Shown piece after piece: positions 31,235 through 41,326 of a DNA stretch of 47,777 nucleotides. The position numbers were made by a program, and so were the translations under genes. The stretch lies in assembly GCA_002737665.1 (NCBI GenBank), contig NSIF01000006.1, forward strand, positions 1-47,777, given 5' to 3'. The DNA is from Flavobacteriales bacterium. Its GTDB lineage: Bacteria; Bacteroidota; Bacteroidia; Palsa-965. Each line of letters begins with the position of its first letter. Position 1 is the stretch's first letter. The notes beneath the pieces are model-generated. The model worked only from the letters and a program-made list of their open reading frames with translations. It did not search any database and was not told the origin of the DNA.

Positions 31235-32620
31235 TTAAATGATAGATGAAACTTTATTTCTTTTGATAAATTTTCCGTATCCTTTCTTTGTCATTAATTT
31301 ATTATTGTCAACAACAACCTTTCCTCTTAAAATTATTGTTTTGCACTTTCCTTTTATTTCCCATCCTTCATAACTTGAATAATCGCAATTCATATGATGT
31401 GTGTTTACAGAAATTAGGTGTTTTTCATTGGGATCAAAAATTACAATGTCTGCATCTGAACCAACTGCAATAGTTCCTTTTTGTGGATACATACCGAATA
31501 TTTTAGCCACATTGGTTGAGGTTACTTCGACAAATTTGTTTAAACTTATTTTATTTTTAGTTACTCCTTCTGAAAATAGTAATTCCATTCGATGTTCAAT
31601 GGCTGGATGACCATTTGGGATTTTAGAAAAATCATTCTCGCCCATTTTTTTTTGCTCCCACATAAAGGGGCAATGGTCGGTCGCAACAATTTGTACTAAT
31701 CCTTGGTTGATGCCTGCCCACAAAGTAGCTTGATCTTTTTTCTCGCGCAGAGGAGGGCTCATTACCCATTTGGCAGATTCAAATCCTTTGTCGTACAATG
31801 AAGCATCCAATACTAAATACTGAATACAGGTTTCTACATACACTTTTTGATTTCTCTTTGTAGCATCTCTTATATGATTCAGAGCGCCTTCACAGGTCAT
31901 GTGAACTACATATGCAGGAACGCCAGTGTGTTGTGCCATGTCTGCAAATCTGCTTGTTGCTTCGGCCTCTGTAATTTCTGGTTGAGAAATATAATGATAC
32001 AAAGGTGAAAGTTTTTTTTCTGACTTATGTTTTGCAACAAGGAAGTCAATCATGTCTCCATTGGTTGCATGTGTGGTTACCATCCCACCATGTTTTTTCA
32101 CCTCGTTCATTAATCCTACCATTTGTCGGTCATCAATCATTAATGCACCTTTATAGGCCATAAATGTTTTGAATGAACTGATGCCTTCTTTTTCTATTAT
32201 ATCTTTTATCTCAGCTTTAGTGTCCTCATTGAAATCGGTTACTGCCATGTGAAAAGAATAATCGGAAACAGTATTTCCATCAGAGCGTCCTTTCCATTCT
32301 TTTAATGCAGCATGGAGTGATTTACCTTGTGTTTGCAGAATGAAATCAATAACCATAGTTGTTCCGCCGAAAAGAGCTGCTGTTGTACCTGTTTCATAAT
32401 TATCGCTTGAATAGGTCCCCATAAAAGGCATCTCTAGATGTACGTGAGGGTCAATTCCACCTGGAATCACTAGTTTGTTTGCTGCATCAATTACTTGGTC
32501 GCTTTCTCTTGCAATAAGTGATTGTCCAATTGTAATTATTTTTTCATCTTCAATAAGAATATCTGCAACGTAATCGTCCGTAGCAGTTATTATTCTTCCA
32601 TTTTTTATAAGTAAGGCCAT
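31235..32620 (-). CDS. hydA: Dihydropyrimidinase
   Basis: PGGIDPHVH, SFKTFMAYK, VMSPPLR, ATDHCPF, IPNG, GSDADIVIFDP. Confidence 0.95.
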   Translation of the reverse strand: MALLIKNGRIITATDDYVADILIEDEKIITIGQSLIARESDQVIDAANKLVIPGGIDPHVHLEMPFMGTYSSDNYETGTTAALFGGTTMVIDFILQTQGKSLHAALKEWKGRSDGNTVSDYSFHMAVTDFNEDTKAEIKDIIEKEGISSFKTFMAYKGALMIDDRQMVGLMNEVKKHGGMVTTHATNGDMIDFLVAKHKSEKKLSPLYHYISQPEITEAEATSRFADMAQHTGVPAYVVHMTCEGALNHIRDATKRNQKVYVETCIQYLVLDASLYDKGFESAKWVMSPPLREKKDQATLWAGINQGLVQIVATDHCPFMWEQKKMGENDFSKIPNGHPAIEHRMELLFSEGVTKNKISLNKFVEVTSTNVAKIFGMYPQKGTIAVGSDADIVIFDPNEKHLISVNTHHMNCDYSSYEGWEIKGKCKTIILRGKVVVDNNKLMTKKGYGKFIKRNKVSSII

Positions 32621-32641
32621 ACAATAATTAAATTTAAATAG

Positions 32642-34126
32642 TTAATCCTTGTTATTTGTTTCAAAAGTTTTGGGAAATTTCTTCATCATTATTATGTAAG
32701 TTATTCCAGAAACAAAAAATCCCACAAACCAGGCGTAATTATAAAGTTGCCCAACCCAATTCCAAACAGCTTCTTTTTCAAGTATTTTTATTTGAATTAA
32801 AAAGCCAGGTACATTTGGAAGTATCCCTGCTAATAGGGCAATTAAAGCAAATTTATTAAATCCATTTGTAAAACTATACTCACCTTTAATTTTATACAAC
32901 TCATCTACATTTAAATGTTGCTTTCTAATAAAATAATAATCTGCAATCATGATGCCGCCAATTGGTCCAAGTAAACTTGAATAAGCAATGAGCCAAGTAA
33001 ATATATAGCCAGATGGATCGGCAATAAGTTTCCAAGGAAAAATTAGTAGTCCAATTACTCCTGTGATATAGCCGCCAATTTTAAAGTTAATTTTTGAAGG
33101 AGCTAAATTGGCAAAGTCATTTGCAGGACTTACAATATTAGCAGCAATATTAGTTGCCAAGGTTGATAGTGCAATGGCAAGCATAGCAATAGTGACAAGT
33201 ATTTTATTCTCAAATTTTCCAGCGAGTACAACGGGATCCCATATTGTTTCGCCGTAGATAATTAATGATGCGGAGGTAACAACAACACCAATGAATGCAA
33301 ATAAAGTCATGGAAGCGGGTAGTGCAATTGCTTGCCCCATTACATGAGCTCGTTGGTGTTTTGCGTAGCGTGTAAAGTCTGGAATGTTAAGTGAAAGTGT
33401 TGCCCAAAAGCCAACCATTCCTGTTAACGCAGGAAAAAAATAAGTCCAGAATTCTACGTTTGATTTAAATTTAGACGGGGAGGAAAGAATTGCCCCTAAA
33501 CCATTTCCAGCATTAATGGCCCAGCATAAAAGTGCTAAAGCTGCAATTGGAAGAAAAAATGCTTTAAATACTAATAATTTTTTTATGCTATCTACTCCAA
33601 GGTAAACAACAAACATATTTATTAACCAAAATAAAAAGAATGTAATTGCAGGTCCTGTTTCTAAACTAAAGGAGGTAGGAAAAATTTGTGGAAGTGTTGC
33701 TAATGCAGGAATCCATATTTTTAGCATTAAGAAAATTGCATAACCACCAATCCAAGTTTGAATTCCAAACCAACCACAAGCCACAATGGCTCTTAATAGT
33801 GCTGGAATATTTGCACCGTACACACCAAAACTAGCTCGTGCAAAAACAGGAAATGGAATACCATATTTAGCACCTACTTTTCCATTTAAAAGCATTGGAA
33901 TTAGCACAACTGAATTTCCAATAAAAATAGTTAGTATGGCTTGCCACCAATTCATTCCACCATCAATAAGTGAACTTGCGAGCATGTAGGTAGGAATACA
34001 TAAGCTCATGCTAATCCAAAGTGCCGCATAATTCCAAGTACCCCAAGTTCTGTCGTCCTGTGCTATGGGCGCAAGATCTTCGGAATAAAGTGAATTATTT
34101 TTAATTCGTTCGTTAGAATCGGGCAT
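32642..34126 (-). CDS. NCS1 nucleobase:cation symporter
   Basis: KYGIPFPVFARASFG, GFWATLSLNIPDFTRY, NIAANIVSPANDF; about 12 TM helices. Confidence 0.93.
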   Translation of the reverse strand: MPDSNERIKNNSLYSEDLAPIAQDDRTWGTWNYAALWISMSLCIPTYMLASSLIDGGMNWWQAILTIFIGNSVVLIPMLLNGKVGAKYGIPFPVFARASFGVYGANIPALLRAIVACGWFGIQTWIGGYAIFLMLKIWIPALATLPQIFPTSFSLETGPAITFFLFWLINMFVVYLGVDSIKKLLVFKAFFLPIAALALLCWAINAGNGLGAILSSPSKFKSNVEFWTYFFPALTGMVGFWATLSLNIPDFTRYAKHQRAHVMGQAIALPASMTLFAFIGVVVTSASLIIYGETIWDPVVLAGKFENKILVTIAMLAIALSTLATNIAANIVSPANDFANLAPSKINFKIGGYITGVIGLLIFPWKLIADPSGYIFTWLIAYSSLLGPIGGIMIADYYFIRKQHLNVDELYKIKGEYSFTNGFNKFALIALLAGILPNVPGFLIQIKILEKEAVWNWVGQLYNYAWFVGFFVSGITYIIMMKKFPKTFETNNKD

Positions 34127-34174
34127 TTTATTTGTACTTAAAACTTATTATTAAAATGAGTTTTTAAACAATTA

Positions 34175-35533
34175 CTAATTACAATACTCATCGGCAACGG
34201 CAATTGCTTTTGAAATAATATCCATTCCTTCATCTACTTGATCTTTATTAATGATTAATGGCGGCGCTGTAAAAATCCAATTCCATCGAACAAAAGTGTA
34301 CATGCCTAGTTCATTAAGTTTGGTCATCACTTTATTCATAATTACCATTTCGTTTGGACTAGCATTCCATGGCGCCATTGGTTCTTTTGTTTTTCTATTT
34401 TTTACTAATTCAATGCATCCTAATAATCCTGTATTTCTGAAATCACCAATGCTCGGGTGTTTGTCTTTTAATTTTTCAACTTGGCTATCTAAATATTCGC
34501 CCATTAATTTAGCATTCTCAACTAAATTATCTTTTTCATAAATATCAATAACTGCGTTTGCAGCGGCGCAGGCTACTGCATGTCCCGAGTAGGTTAACCC
34601 AATTGGCAATGGCTTATCCTCAAATGCTTTTACAATTTCTTCTTTTACTATAAATCCACCCAATGGAATATAGCCTGAAGTCATGCCTTTTGCCATACAC
34701 ATAATATCGGGCTCTACATCATGGTGGTTGATGCCAAACCATTTTCCAGTTCGTCCAAACCCACTCATTACCTCATCGCAAATTGTTAGTATGCCGTGCT
34801 TATCAGCAATAGCTTTAACTTTTTTCCAATATCCAATAGGATATTTTATGCAACCCGATGAGCCACTTTCACCTTCCATTAAAATAGCAGCAATAGAATT
34901 AGGTCCTTCATAGTTAACTATTCTCTCTAAATGAGCTGCCGCATTTTCAGCACATTCATTTGGAGTTTTGCTATTCCAAGGACAACGGTAGAAATAGGGG
35001 TTTTCAACATGGATAAAATTCGGCACTCCTTGACTGTCATGTGGTAATCCTCTTGGATCTCCACTTGCAGATAGTGCGCCATAGGTAGCGCCATGGTAAC
35101 TTTGAAAAAGCGTAATGATTTTGTGACGGCCTGTGTAGAGTCGTGCTAATTTTATGGCATGTTCAACAGCTTCTGTTCCTCCGTTTGTAAAAAATGTTCT
35201 ATTTAATGTTCCAGGACTTATTTCGGCTAATTTTTTTCCAAGTAATCCCCTTGCTTCAGTTGCCATTCCTGGATTTACGTAACTTAATTCAGCCATTTGC
35301 TTTACGACAGCTTCCGTAACTCGTGAGTCGCCATGGCCAATGTTTACATTCATTAACTGCGAAGTAAAATCTAAATAACGCTTTCCACTTCGATCGGTTA
35401 AATAAACACCTTTTGCATTTGCAATATTTATAGGATTTAATCCATTTTGTTTGGACCAAGAAAAAATTGTATGCGCTAAATTATTTTGTAAAATTTCTTC
35501 TTTACTAGAAATCGTTTTTGATGAAATACTCAT
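34175..35533 (-). CDS. Class III aminotransferase, probably beta-alanine aminotransferase (PydD-like)
   Basis: YLDFTSQL, SYHGAT, DEVMSGFGRTG, MAKGMTSG, TYSGH. Substrate inferred from context. Confidence 0.85.
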   Translation of the reverse strand: MSISSKTISSKEEILQNNLAHTIFSWSKQNGLNPINIANAKGVYLTDRSGKRYLDFTSQLMNVNIGHGDSRVTEAVVKQMAELSYVNPGMATEARGLLGKKLAEISPGTLNRTFFTNGGTEAVEHAIKLARLYTGRHKIITLFQSYHGATYGALSASGDPRGLPHDSQGVPNFIHVENPYFYRCPWNSKTPNECAENAAAHLERIVNYEGPNSIAAILMEGESGSSGCIKYPIGYWKKVKAIADKHGILTICDEVMSGFGRTGKWFGINHHDVEPDIMCMAKGMTSGYIPLGGFIVKEEIVKAFEDKPLPIGLTYSGHAVACAAANAVIDIYEKDNLVENAKLMGEYLDSQVEKLKDKHPSIGDFRNTGLLGCIELVKNRKTKEPMAPWNASPNEMVIMNKVMTKLNELGMYTFVRWNWIFTAPPLIINKDQVDEGMDIISKAIAVADEYCN

Positions 35534-35584
35534 GTTTGTTACATTAAATAATTAAAAAATATTTTAGATTGAAGCAATAAATTA

Positions 35585-37042
35585 TTAACTCATCCAATTC
35601 GTCTTTGCTTCAGCATTCCATTTGGTCGTCGTCTTTTTGAGTTTTGTCCAAAATGCAATCGAACTTTTCCCTGTTAAATCACCCACTCCAAATTTTGAGT
35701 CATTCCAACCCCCAAATGAAAATGGTTCGCGCGGTACTGGTACGCCAATGTTCACTCCAATCATTCCTGCACTCGCCTTATCTATTACATAACGTGCCAT
35801 TCCTCCATCTTGCGTAAATACGGAAGCAGCATTTCCATATGGATTAGCATTTTCGATTGCTAAAGCTTCGTCTACATCTTTTGCTCTAATAATAGATATT
35901 ACTGGACCAAAAATTTCTTCTCTTGCAACAGACATGTTTGGAGTAACAAAGTCAATTACAGTTGGCCCAACATAAAAGCCACCTTCTTTTCCTTTTACTA
36001 CAAAATTTCTTCCATCAACAAGAATTTTAGCTCCTTGCTTTTCTGCTTCAGTGATATAATTTTCAATGCGTTCTTTTGCGGATTTTGAAATAACGGATCC
36101 TAAATTTTTTCCTGGAATTATTTTTTTTGCTTCGATGCAAATTTGATCGATAATTGCATCTACTGCGCCAACTGCGACCATAGCAGAAGCAGCCATACAG
36201 CGCTGACCGGCACATCCTGACATTGATGCTGTAACATTAGAAGCTGTCATTTTGGGATGTGCGTCGGGTAATACAATTAAATGATTTTTTGCTCCACCCA
36301 ATGCTAAAGCTCTTTTAAAATTAGCCGATGCTCTTGCATAAACTATTTTCGCCACTTTAGTAGATCCTACAAAAGAAACAGCTTCTATATCTGGGTGGTC
36401 GCAAATAGCTTCTACTATTTCACGATCGCCATTTACAATATTTAATACACCATCAGGTAGTCCCGCTTCTTTTAATAATTCAGCAATTCGTAATGAACTT
36501 AGCGGAACAGATTCAGATGGTTTTAAAATCATTGTATTTCCTAGTGCAATTGCGTTAGGAATAGTCCAATTTGGAACCATGCTTGGAAAATTGAATGGCG
36601 CTATGCATGCTACTACGCCAATTGGATAAAAGTCGGTGCGACATTCCACGCCTTTGCTCACTTCTAAAATTTCTCCACCAATTAATTGCGGAAGAGAACA
36701 AGCAAATTCAGTTAACTCAATACTTTTTTCAACTTCTGCTTTTGCTTCTTCAATTGTTTTACCATTTTCTTCATGCACTAATTCGGATAACTCCAACATG
36801 TGTTTTTCTAGCAATGTTTTGTATCTGAAAAAAATCTGGACGCGCTCTTTAATAGGTGTTTTTGACCAAGTTTCAAATGCTTTTTTAGCTGTAACAACAG
36901 CATGATTCAGGTTTTCACTTGTTGAAAGAGGAATTTTTGTTAATAAACTCCCATCTAAGGGTGATATTAAGTCTAGAAACCTATCGGTTGTGTTTGCTAT
37001 CTGAATTCCACCAACATAATTTTTTAGTTCTGGGTACTTCAT
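35585..37042 (-). CDS. mmsA: CoA-acylating (methyl)malonate-semialdehyde dehydrogenase
   Basis: PFNFP, LKPSE, SFVGST, GGAKNH, catalytic GQRCMA, EEIFGPV, GVNIGVPVP, FSFGGW. Confidence 0.92.
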   Translation of the reverse strand: MKYPELKNYVGGIQIANTTDRFLDLISPLDGSLLTKIPLSTSENLNHAVVTAKKAFETWSKTPIKERVQIFFRYKTLLEKHMLELSELVHEENGKTIEEAKAEVEKSIELTEFACSLPQLIGGEILEVSKGVECRTDFYPIGVVACIAPFNFPSMVPNWTIPNAIALGNTMILKPSESVPLSSLRIAELLKEAGLPDGVLNIVNGDREIVEAICDHPDIEAVSFVGSTKVAKIVYARASANFKRALALGGAKNHLIVLPDAHPKMTASNVTASMSGCAGQRCMAASAMVAVGAVDAIIDQICIEAKKIIPGKNLGSVISKSAKERIENYITEAEKQGAKILVDGRNFVVKGKEGGFYVGPTVIDFVTPNMSVAREEIFGPVISIIRAKDVDEALAIENANPYGNAASVFTQDGGMARYVIDKASAGMIGVNIGVPVPREPFSFGGWNDSKFGVGDLTGKSSIAFWTKLKKTTTKWNAEAKTNWMS

Positions 37043-37082
37043 AAGATTATTTTTCTGCTATTAGCTTCATTGATTACCTAAA

Positions 37083-37090
37083 CAAAATTA
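37083..37090 (-). promoter_or_regulatory. -7 promoter box TAATTTTG upstream of the pyrimidine catabolic cluster
   Basis: TAnnTTTG match 40 nt upstream of the mmsA start. Confidence 0.45.
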
Positions 37091-37278
37091 GCATTTTTAA
37101 TGAAATCTCCAAATAGAATTACTATAACTAATAAAGTAAAATACAATGATTTTTGCGCACTTATTTTTAACAAAATAGGTGGCCTTATTTAAATTATTTC
37201 AGAGGGGAGCATTGGCTTATGCAAAGTAGGATACTAAGTAGCCATTTAAGGCACTTGTCAAATTAAATTTCTTTTGAA

Positions 37279-37821
37279 CTAAATTTTTGACAAGGAAGGT
37301 TTCCAAGTTTTAGCAAAATGGAAAGCGCCAAAAAATAGAATTCCGTAAGCAAATTGGCTAATGAGTGTATTGGTGAAGAACGGAATTCCAGCATTCAATG
37401 CTAAGATTAATCCATCTATCGATTTTGGATATCCTATGGGTACTGAAGACCAAAAACCTGCCAACCATACTGCCGAATTGGTGATGACGAAAAATAGTAT
37501 AGATGCCGTAATTGAAGTACCAACAAATCCTAAAATATTTTGTCTATCGCGCATCAACCATCCAATCATTGTAATCAACGAAAAGGATAAGTAAACTGCT
37601 CCTAAAGTATCATGGAACCCAATGACAGCATCTGTGATCAGCATTACAGTTATTGGAAGGAGTAAGCTTAACCATTTGTTAGGGATGCAAGCACCTGCGA
37701 ATAATGCAATTCCTCCAATAGCGGTAAAGTTTGGTGGATGAGGGATAAACCTAGTTAGTGCAGCAATAAATAGCGCTCCTAAAACAAAAAGTAATCGTGG
37801 TGTCAATGAGAAATTTTTCAT
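37279..37821 (-). CDS. DUF6580-like putative transport membrane protein
   Basis: RFIPHPPNFTAIGGIALF, FFVITN..VW, GYPK...G.....AGIPFF.N; about 6 TM helices. Confidence 0.75.
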   Translation of the reverse strand: MKNFSLTPRLLFVLGALFIAALTRFIPHPPNFTAIGGIALFAGACIPNKWLSLLLPITVMLITDAVIGFHDTLGAVYLSFSLITMIGWLMRDRQNILGFVGTSITASILFFVITNSAVWLAGFWSSVPIGYPKSIDGLILALNAGIPFFTNTLISQFAYGILFFGAFHFAKTWKPSLSKI

Positions 37822-37905
37822 AATTTGAAATATATATACAAAATTAACTTTTTTCTTCGATTTTCAGCTAATGAAAAACATGACTTTTGAATATTGATTT
37901 GTGTG

Positions 37906-38148
37906 CTATTTAAAGGTGTATTGATTTTTCTTATTTCCCCACAATCGACGTTTTTTACGAGTGTTTTTCTTATTAATCTTTTGCTGTTTCAAAAAAACTT
38001 TGCGAACTACTTTTTCCGCTTTTTTACCTTCATTTGCTACTTTTTCACTTGGCTGGTGTTTTTCATGCATGTATGAGTTGCCAACTTCGTGGCTCTTACA
38101 CGCTACGAGTATGCTAAAACTTAAAAGGACTACTATTATTTTAAACAT
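37906..38148 (-). CDS. Small basic lipoprotein
   Basis: Lipobox LVAC; Lys/Arg-rich C-terminus; co-oriented with its neighbours. Confidence 0.6.
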   Translation of the reverse strand: MFKIIVVLLSFSILVACKSHEVGNSYMHEKHQPSEKVANEGKKAEKVVRKVFLKQQKINKKNTRKKRRLWGNKKNQYTFK

Positions 38149-38185
38149 ATTTTAGTTAATACAGGTACAAATTTGAGGTATGAAC

Positions 38186-39676
38186 TTAATTCCCCCCGTC
38201 TGCTTTTTTATCTTTTGTAATTTGCCGATTCAAAAATCCTTTCAAACCATCTACATCTAATCGCTTGCCAATTATTTTTTTCTTTTCATCAAGTACATAA
38301 AGTGTAGGTGTACTGTACACATCGTAATAATATTTTGCATTTTGTAATTCTTGTGGGTCTTTCCCCTTCACATTGACCCAATTTAAATTGTTTTCTTTTA
38401 CAAATTTTTTCCAATTAACTGTATCCATATCTGATAGTATAGCATATACTTGAAGAGAAATGCCAGCGCTGCGAAGTGAGTCGTAATAGTTTTTCAAAAT
38501 TGGCATTTCTTTTTTACAATGCGAACAGGTGGGCTCCCAGAAAATAAGTACAGTGTATTTACCTTTCACGGTTTGCAACATCGTTAATTTATTGGAAGTA
38601 TCAGGCAACATAATATTTACGGCTGTCTTACCCATTAATGAATAATCTAGCTGTTTGGCGCGATTAATTATTTTGGTGTTTTGTTCCTCTGTAATCCAGT
38701 TGGCTTGGTTTGTTTCATAATATTTTTTAACTAGATGAACAAATATGGCATCATAACCCATCACTTTAGAAGTTTCATAGGTAACTGTATTGGTAGCTAA
38801 AGTGTATTTAAAAAGATCGTTGGCTGTTTTTGTTTTTTCAAGGAGCCAATCAAGGGATTTTATAATTGAATCGGGATGAGGTGATGTTAGTTTTTCTATA
38901 TAGAATTTCATTTTGTTTGCATATACAGGTGTACGCACAAGTCGTTCATCTGAAAAATTCATTCCGTCCCAATAGTGATTACGGAAATTCCAATAGTTAA
39001 AAGTTGAATCAATTGTTCCATTTGCTTTTTTGGGACATTTATCATATGGAATTTGGTCTGGCTCATCCATAGCTGCTAAAACTTCAGCCATAAAAGTTTT
39101 TGGATGATTCGTTTTGTAGTATGCCCGCTTATAAACTTTAACAGTACTATCTATGCCGGCAGCCTGTTTTTGAAATATTCTAATAGAATCTCTGTTTTTT
39201 ATGCTTTTTAATTTCAATTGAATTGGTTCAAGAAGTTTTTGTTTATCTAAAAGATAATTTAAATATTCATAGAAAAATTTATTTTCATCGCTACCAGAAA
39301 TTTTAGTTTTGCGAATGAAATCAGTTGTATCTGTTTCAAGCGAAAAATTTTGGTCATCAGTAAGAATAATTTCAAAATATTTTTTACTAGGCAACACAAT
39401 AAAATAAATTCCACCTGGAACAGCTTCCTTATTTTTAAATTCCATCCATCCAGAAGTATTGATTTTAGCAGTATCAATAATGGAATTTTTGTCTCCGAAG
39501 TGATGGCCCAATAAACACTGTCCGCCTGTCATTCCTTTAATGTTCACTTTTAGATTGAGTGGTTGGCCTTTTTGCTCGGTTTTTTTTAGCGCTGCACCTT
39601 GTGCAAAACCATTAATTGAAATGACAGCAAGTATAATTGTTTTAGTAAAAAATTTCATTGCATTCATAATTGACAT
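38186..39676 (-). CDS. Exported TlpA/thioredoxin-fold protein (DUF4369/DUF5106-like N-terminus), paralog 2
   Basis: HYWDGMNFSDERLVRTP, FWEPTCSHC (CxxC), YDVYSTPTLYVLD. The start may be at the downstream MKFF. Confidence 0.85.
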   Translation of the reverse strand: MSIMNAMKFFTKTIILAVISINGFAQGAALKKTEQKGQPLNLKVNIKGMTGGQCLLGHHFGDKNSIIDTAKINTSGWMEFKNKEAVPGGIYFIVLPSKKYFEIILTDDQNFSLETDTTDFIRKTKISGSDENKFFYEYLNYLLDKQKLLEPIQLKLKSIKNRDSIRIFQKQAAGIDSTVKVYKRAYYKTNHPKTFMAEVLAAMDEPDQIPYDKCPKKANGTIDSTFNYWNFRNHYWDGMNFSDERLVRTPVYANKMKFYIEKLTSPHPDSIIKSLDWLLEKTKTANDLFKYTLATNTVTYETSKVMGYDAIFVHLVKKYYETNQANWITEEQNTKIINRAKQLDYSLMGKTAVNIMLPDTSNKLTMLQTVKGKYTVLIFWEPTCSHCKKEMPILKNYYDSLRSAGISLQVYAILSDMDTVNWKKFVKENNLNWVNVKGKDPQELQNAKYYYDVYSTPTLYVLDEKKKIIGKRLDVDGLKGFLNRQITKDKKADGGN

Positions 39677-39679
39677 TTT

Positions 39680-41131
39680 TTATTTTTTTGTTAGCGTGTG
39701 ATTCAAAAACCCTATTAGTGCTTTGGTATCTAATCGTTTTCCTATAATTATCTTTTGTTCATCGAGTAAATACATGGTGGGCGTACTGTAAACATCGTAG
39801 TATTTTTTTAAATTGTTCAGCTCTGTTAAATTTAATGAAGCAACATTAACCCATGTCAATTGGTTTTTTTTAATGTACGCTCTCCATGGCGTTAAATCAG
39901 CTTCGGCTATAATAGCATATACTTCCAGCGAAACGTTGGCCTTGCGAAGAGAATCGTAATAGGTTTTCAAAAGAGGTATTTCTACCGTACAATGAGAGCA
40001 AGTTGGGTCCCAAAAAATAACTACTGTGTATTTTGCATTTATTGAGTACAATGGAACTAAACGATTATTTGTATCAGGAAGATTGATATTCGTTGTCTTT
40101 TTACCCAGTAGTGTATTGGAAAGTGTATTTGCCCTTTTGATAATTTTTTCTTGCTGTTCTTGTGAAAGCCAGTAAGTCTGGTTATTTTTATAATAGTTAT
40201 TTACAATGTGTACAAAAATTGCATCGTAGCCCATTATTTTTGAACTTTCATAAGTGTAGGTGCAATAATATACAGTGTATTTAAAAAGTTCTTTGGATGC
40301 CCGTGTTTTTGCAATTAGCCAATCGCAAGCAGTCATGATAGAGTCAGGTTGTTGTGGCGTAAGTTTATCCAAATAAAATTTTAACTTATACGAAAAAACA
40401 GGAGTTCGAATTAATCGATCATCCGTAAAGTCCATTCCATCCCAGTAATGATTTTTGAAATTCCTATAGTTGAAAGTCGAATCAATTGAACCGTCTGTTT
40501 TTTTAGGGAAATCTGAATAAGGAATCTGATCGGGTTCGTCCATAGCGGCTATCACTTTAGCCATGAAGGTAGTTGGATGTTTTGTTTTGTAATATTCACG
40601 TTTGTAATTTTTTACGCTGTTATCTATGGCTAATGTTTTCTTATTTAATTGTTCAATTGAATCTTTACTATTTGTGACATCAATTACCTTTTTTACCAAC
40701 TCCATTTCCTTTTGACGATCGTTCAAAAAATTTAAGTATTCATAGAAATACTGGTTTTCAGTTGAACTTGTGACTTTCATTTTCGTAACAAAATTATCTT
40801 TTTCGGTTTCAATAGTAAATTGTTGATTCTCATCTAAAATAATTTCAAAATAGGTTTTGTCAGGGAGAACAATTAAGTAAATGCCTCCATCTCTTGGTTT
40901 TGTTGACTTAAATTCAAACCAACCGTTGGCATTTACTTTTACGGAGTCTTGTATGTACTGCTGGTTACCAAAGTAATTTGCTAGTAAGCAGGTTCCTGAA
41001 CTAAGTCCTTCAATGTGAATTTTTAAGTGTAAGGGGTAGGATTTTACTGCATTTGGTTTGGCAGTTGTTTGGGCCGTCACCAATATTGAAAAAGCGATGC
41101 CAATCAGTAAATTTATTATCCTATAGTTCAT
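39680..41131 (-). CDS. Exported TlpA/thioredoxin-fold protein, paralog 1
   Basis: Signal peptide; HYWDGMDFTDDRLIRTP, FWDPTCSHC, YDVYSTPTMYLLD. Confidence 0.85.
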   Translation of the reverse strand: MNYRIINLLIGIAFSILVTAQTTAKPNAVKSYPLHLKIHIEGLSSGTCLLANYFGNQQYIQDSVKVNANGWFEFKSTKPRDGGIYLIVLPDKTYFEIILDENQQFTIETEKDNFVTKMKVTSSTENQYFYEYLNFLNDRQKEMELVKKVIDVTNSKDSIEQLNKKTLAIDNSVKNYKREYYKTKHPTTFMAKVIAAMDEPDQIPYSDFPKKTDGSIDSTFNYRNFKNHYWDGMDFTDDRLIRTPVFSYKLKFYLDKLTPQQPDSIMTACDWLIAKTRASKELFKYTVYYCTYTYESSKIMGYDAIFVHIVNNYYKNNQTYWLSQEQQEKIIKRANTLSNTLLGKKTTNINLPDTNNRLVPLYSINAKYTVVIFWDPTCSHCTVEIPLLKTYYDSLRKANVSLEVYAIIAEADLTPWRAYIKKNQLTWVNVASLNLTELNNLKKYYDVYSTPTMYLLDEQKIIIGKRLDTKALIGFLNHTLTKK

Positions 41132-41326
41132 TGCAGTGTAATCCTAATTCAAAAATACAAAAAATCGTTTATTGCCTATATATAATAACAAAAATTAAGC
41201 CATTTTTTTATGGTTAAGTGTTGAATAACAGGTTTAATTATTTGTTTGTAATTCTAATTATAAATTCATTTATGGAAAGGAAGAAATGAATAAAATACGG
41301 TTAACTATTTTGCCAATCGTATTAAT

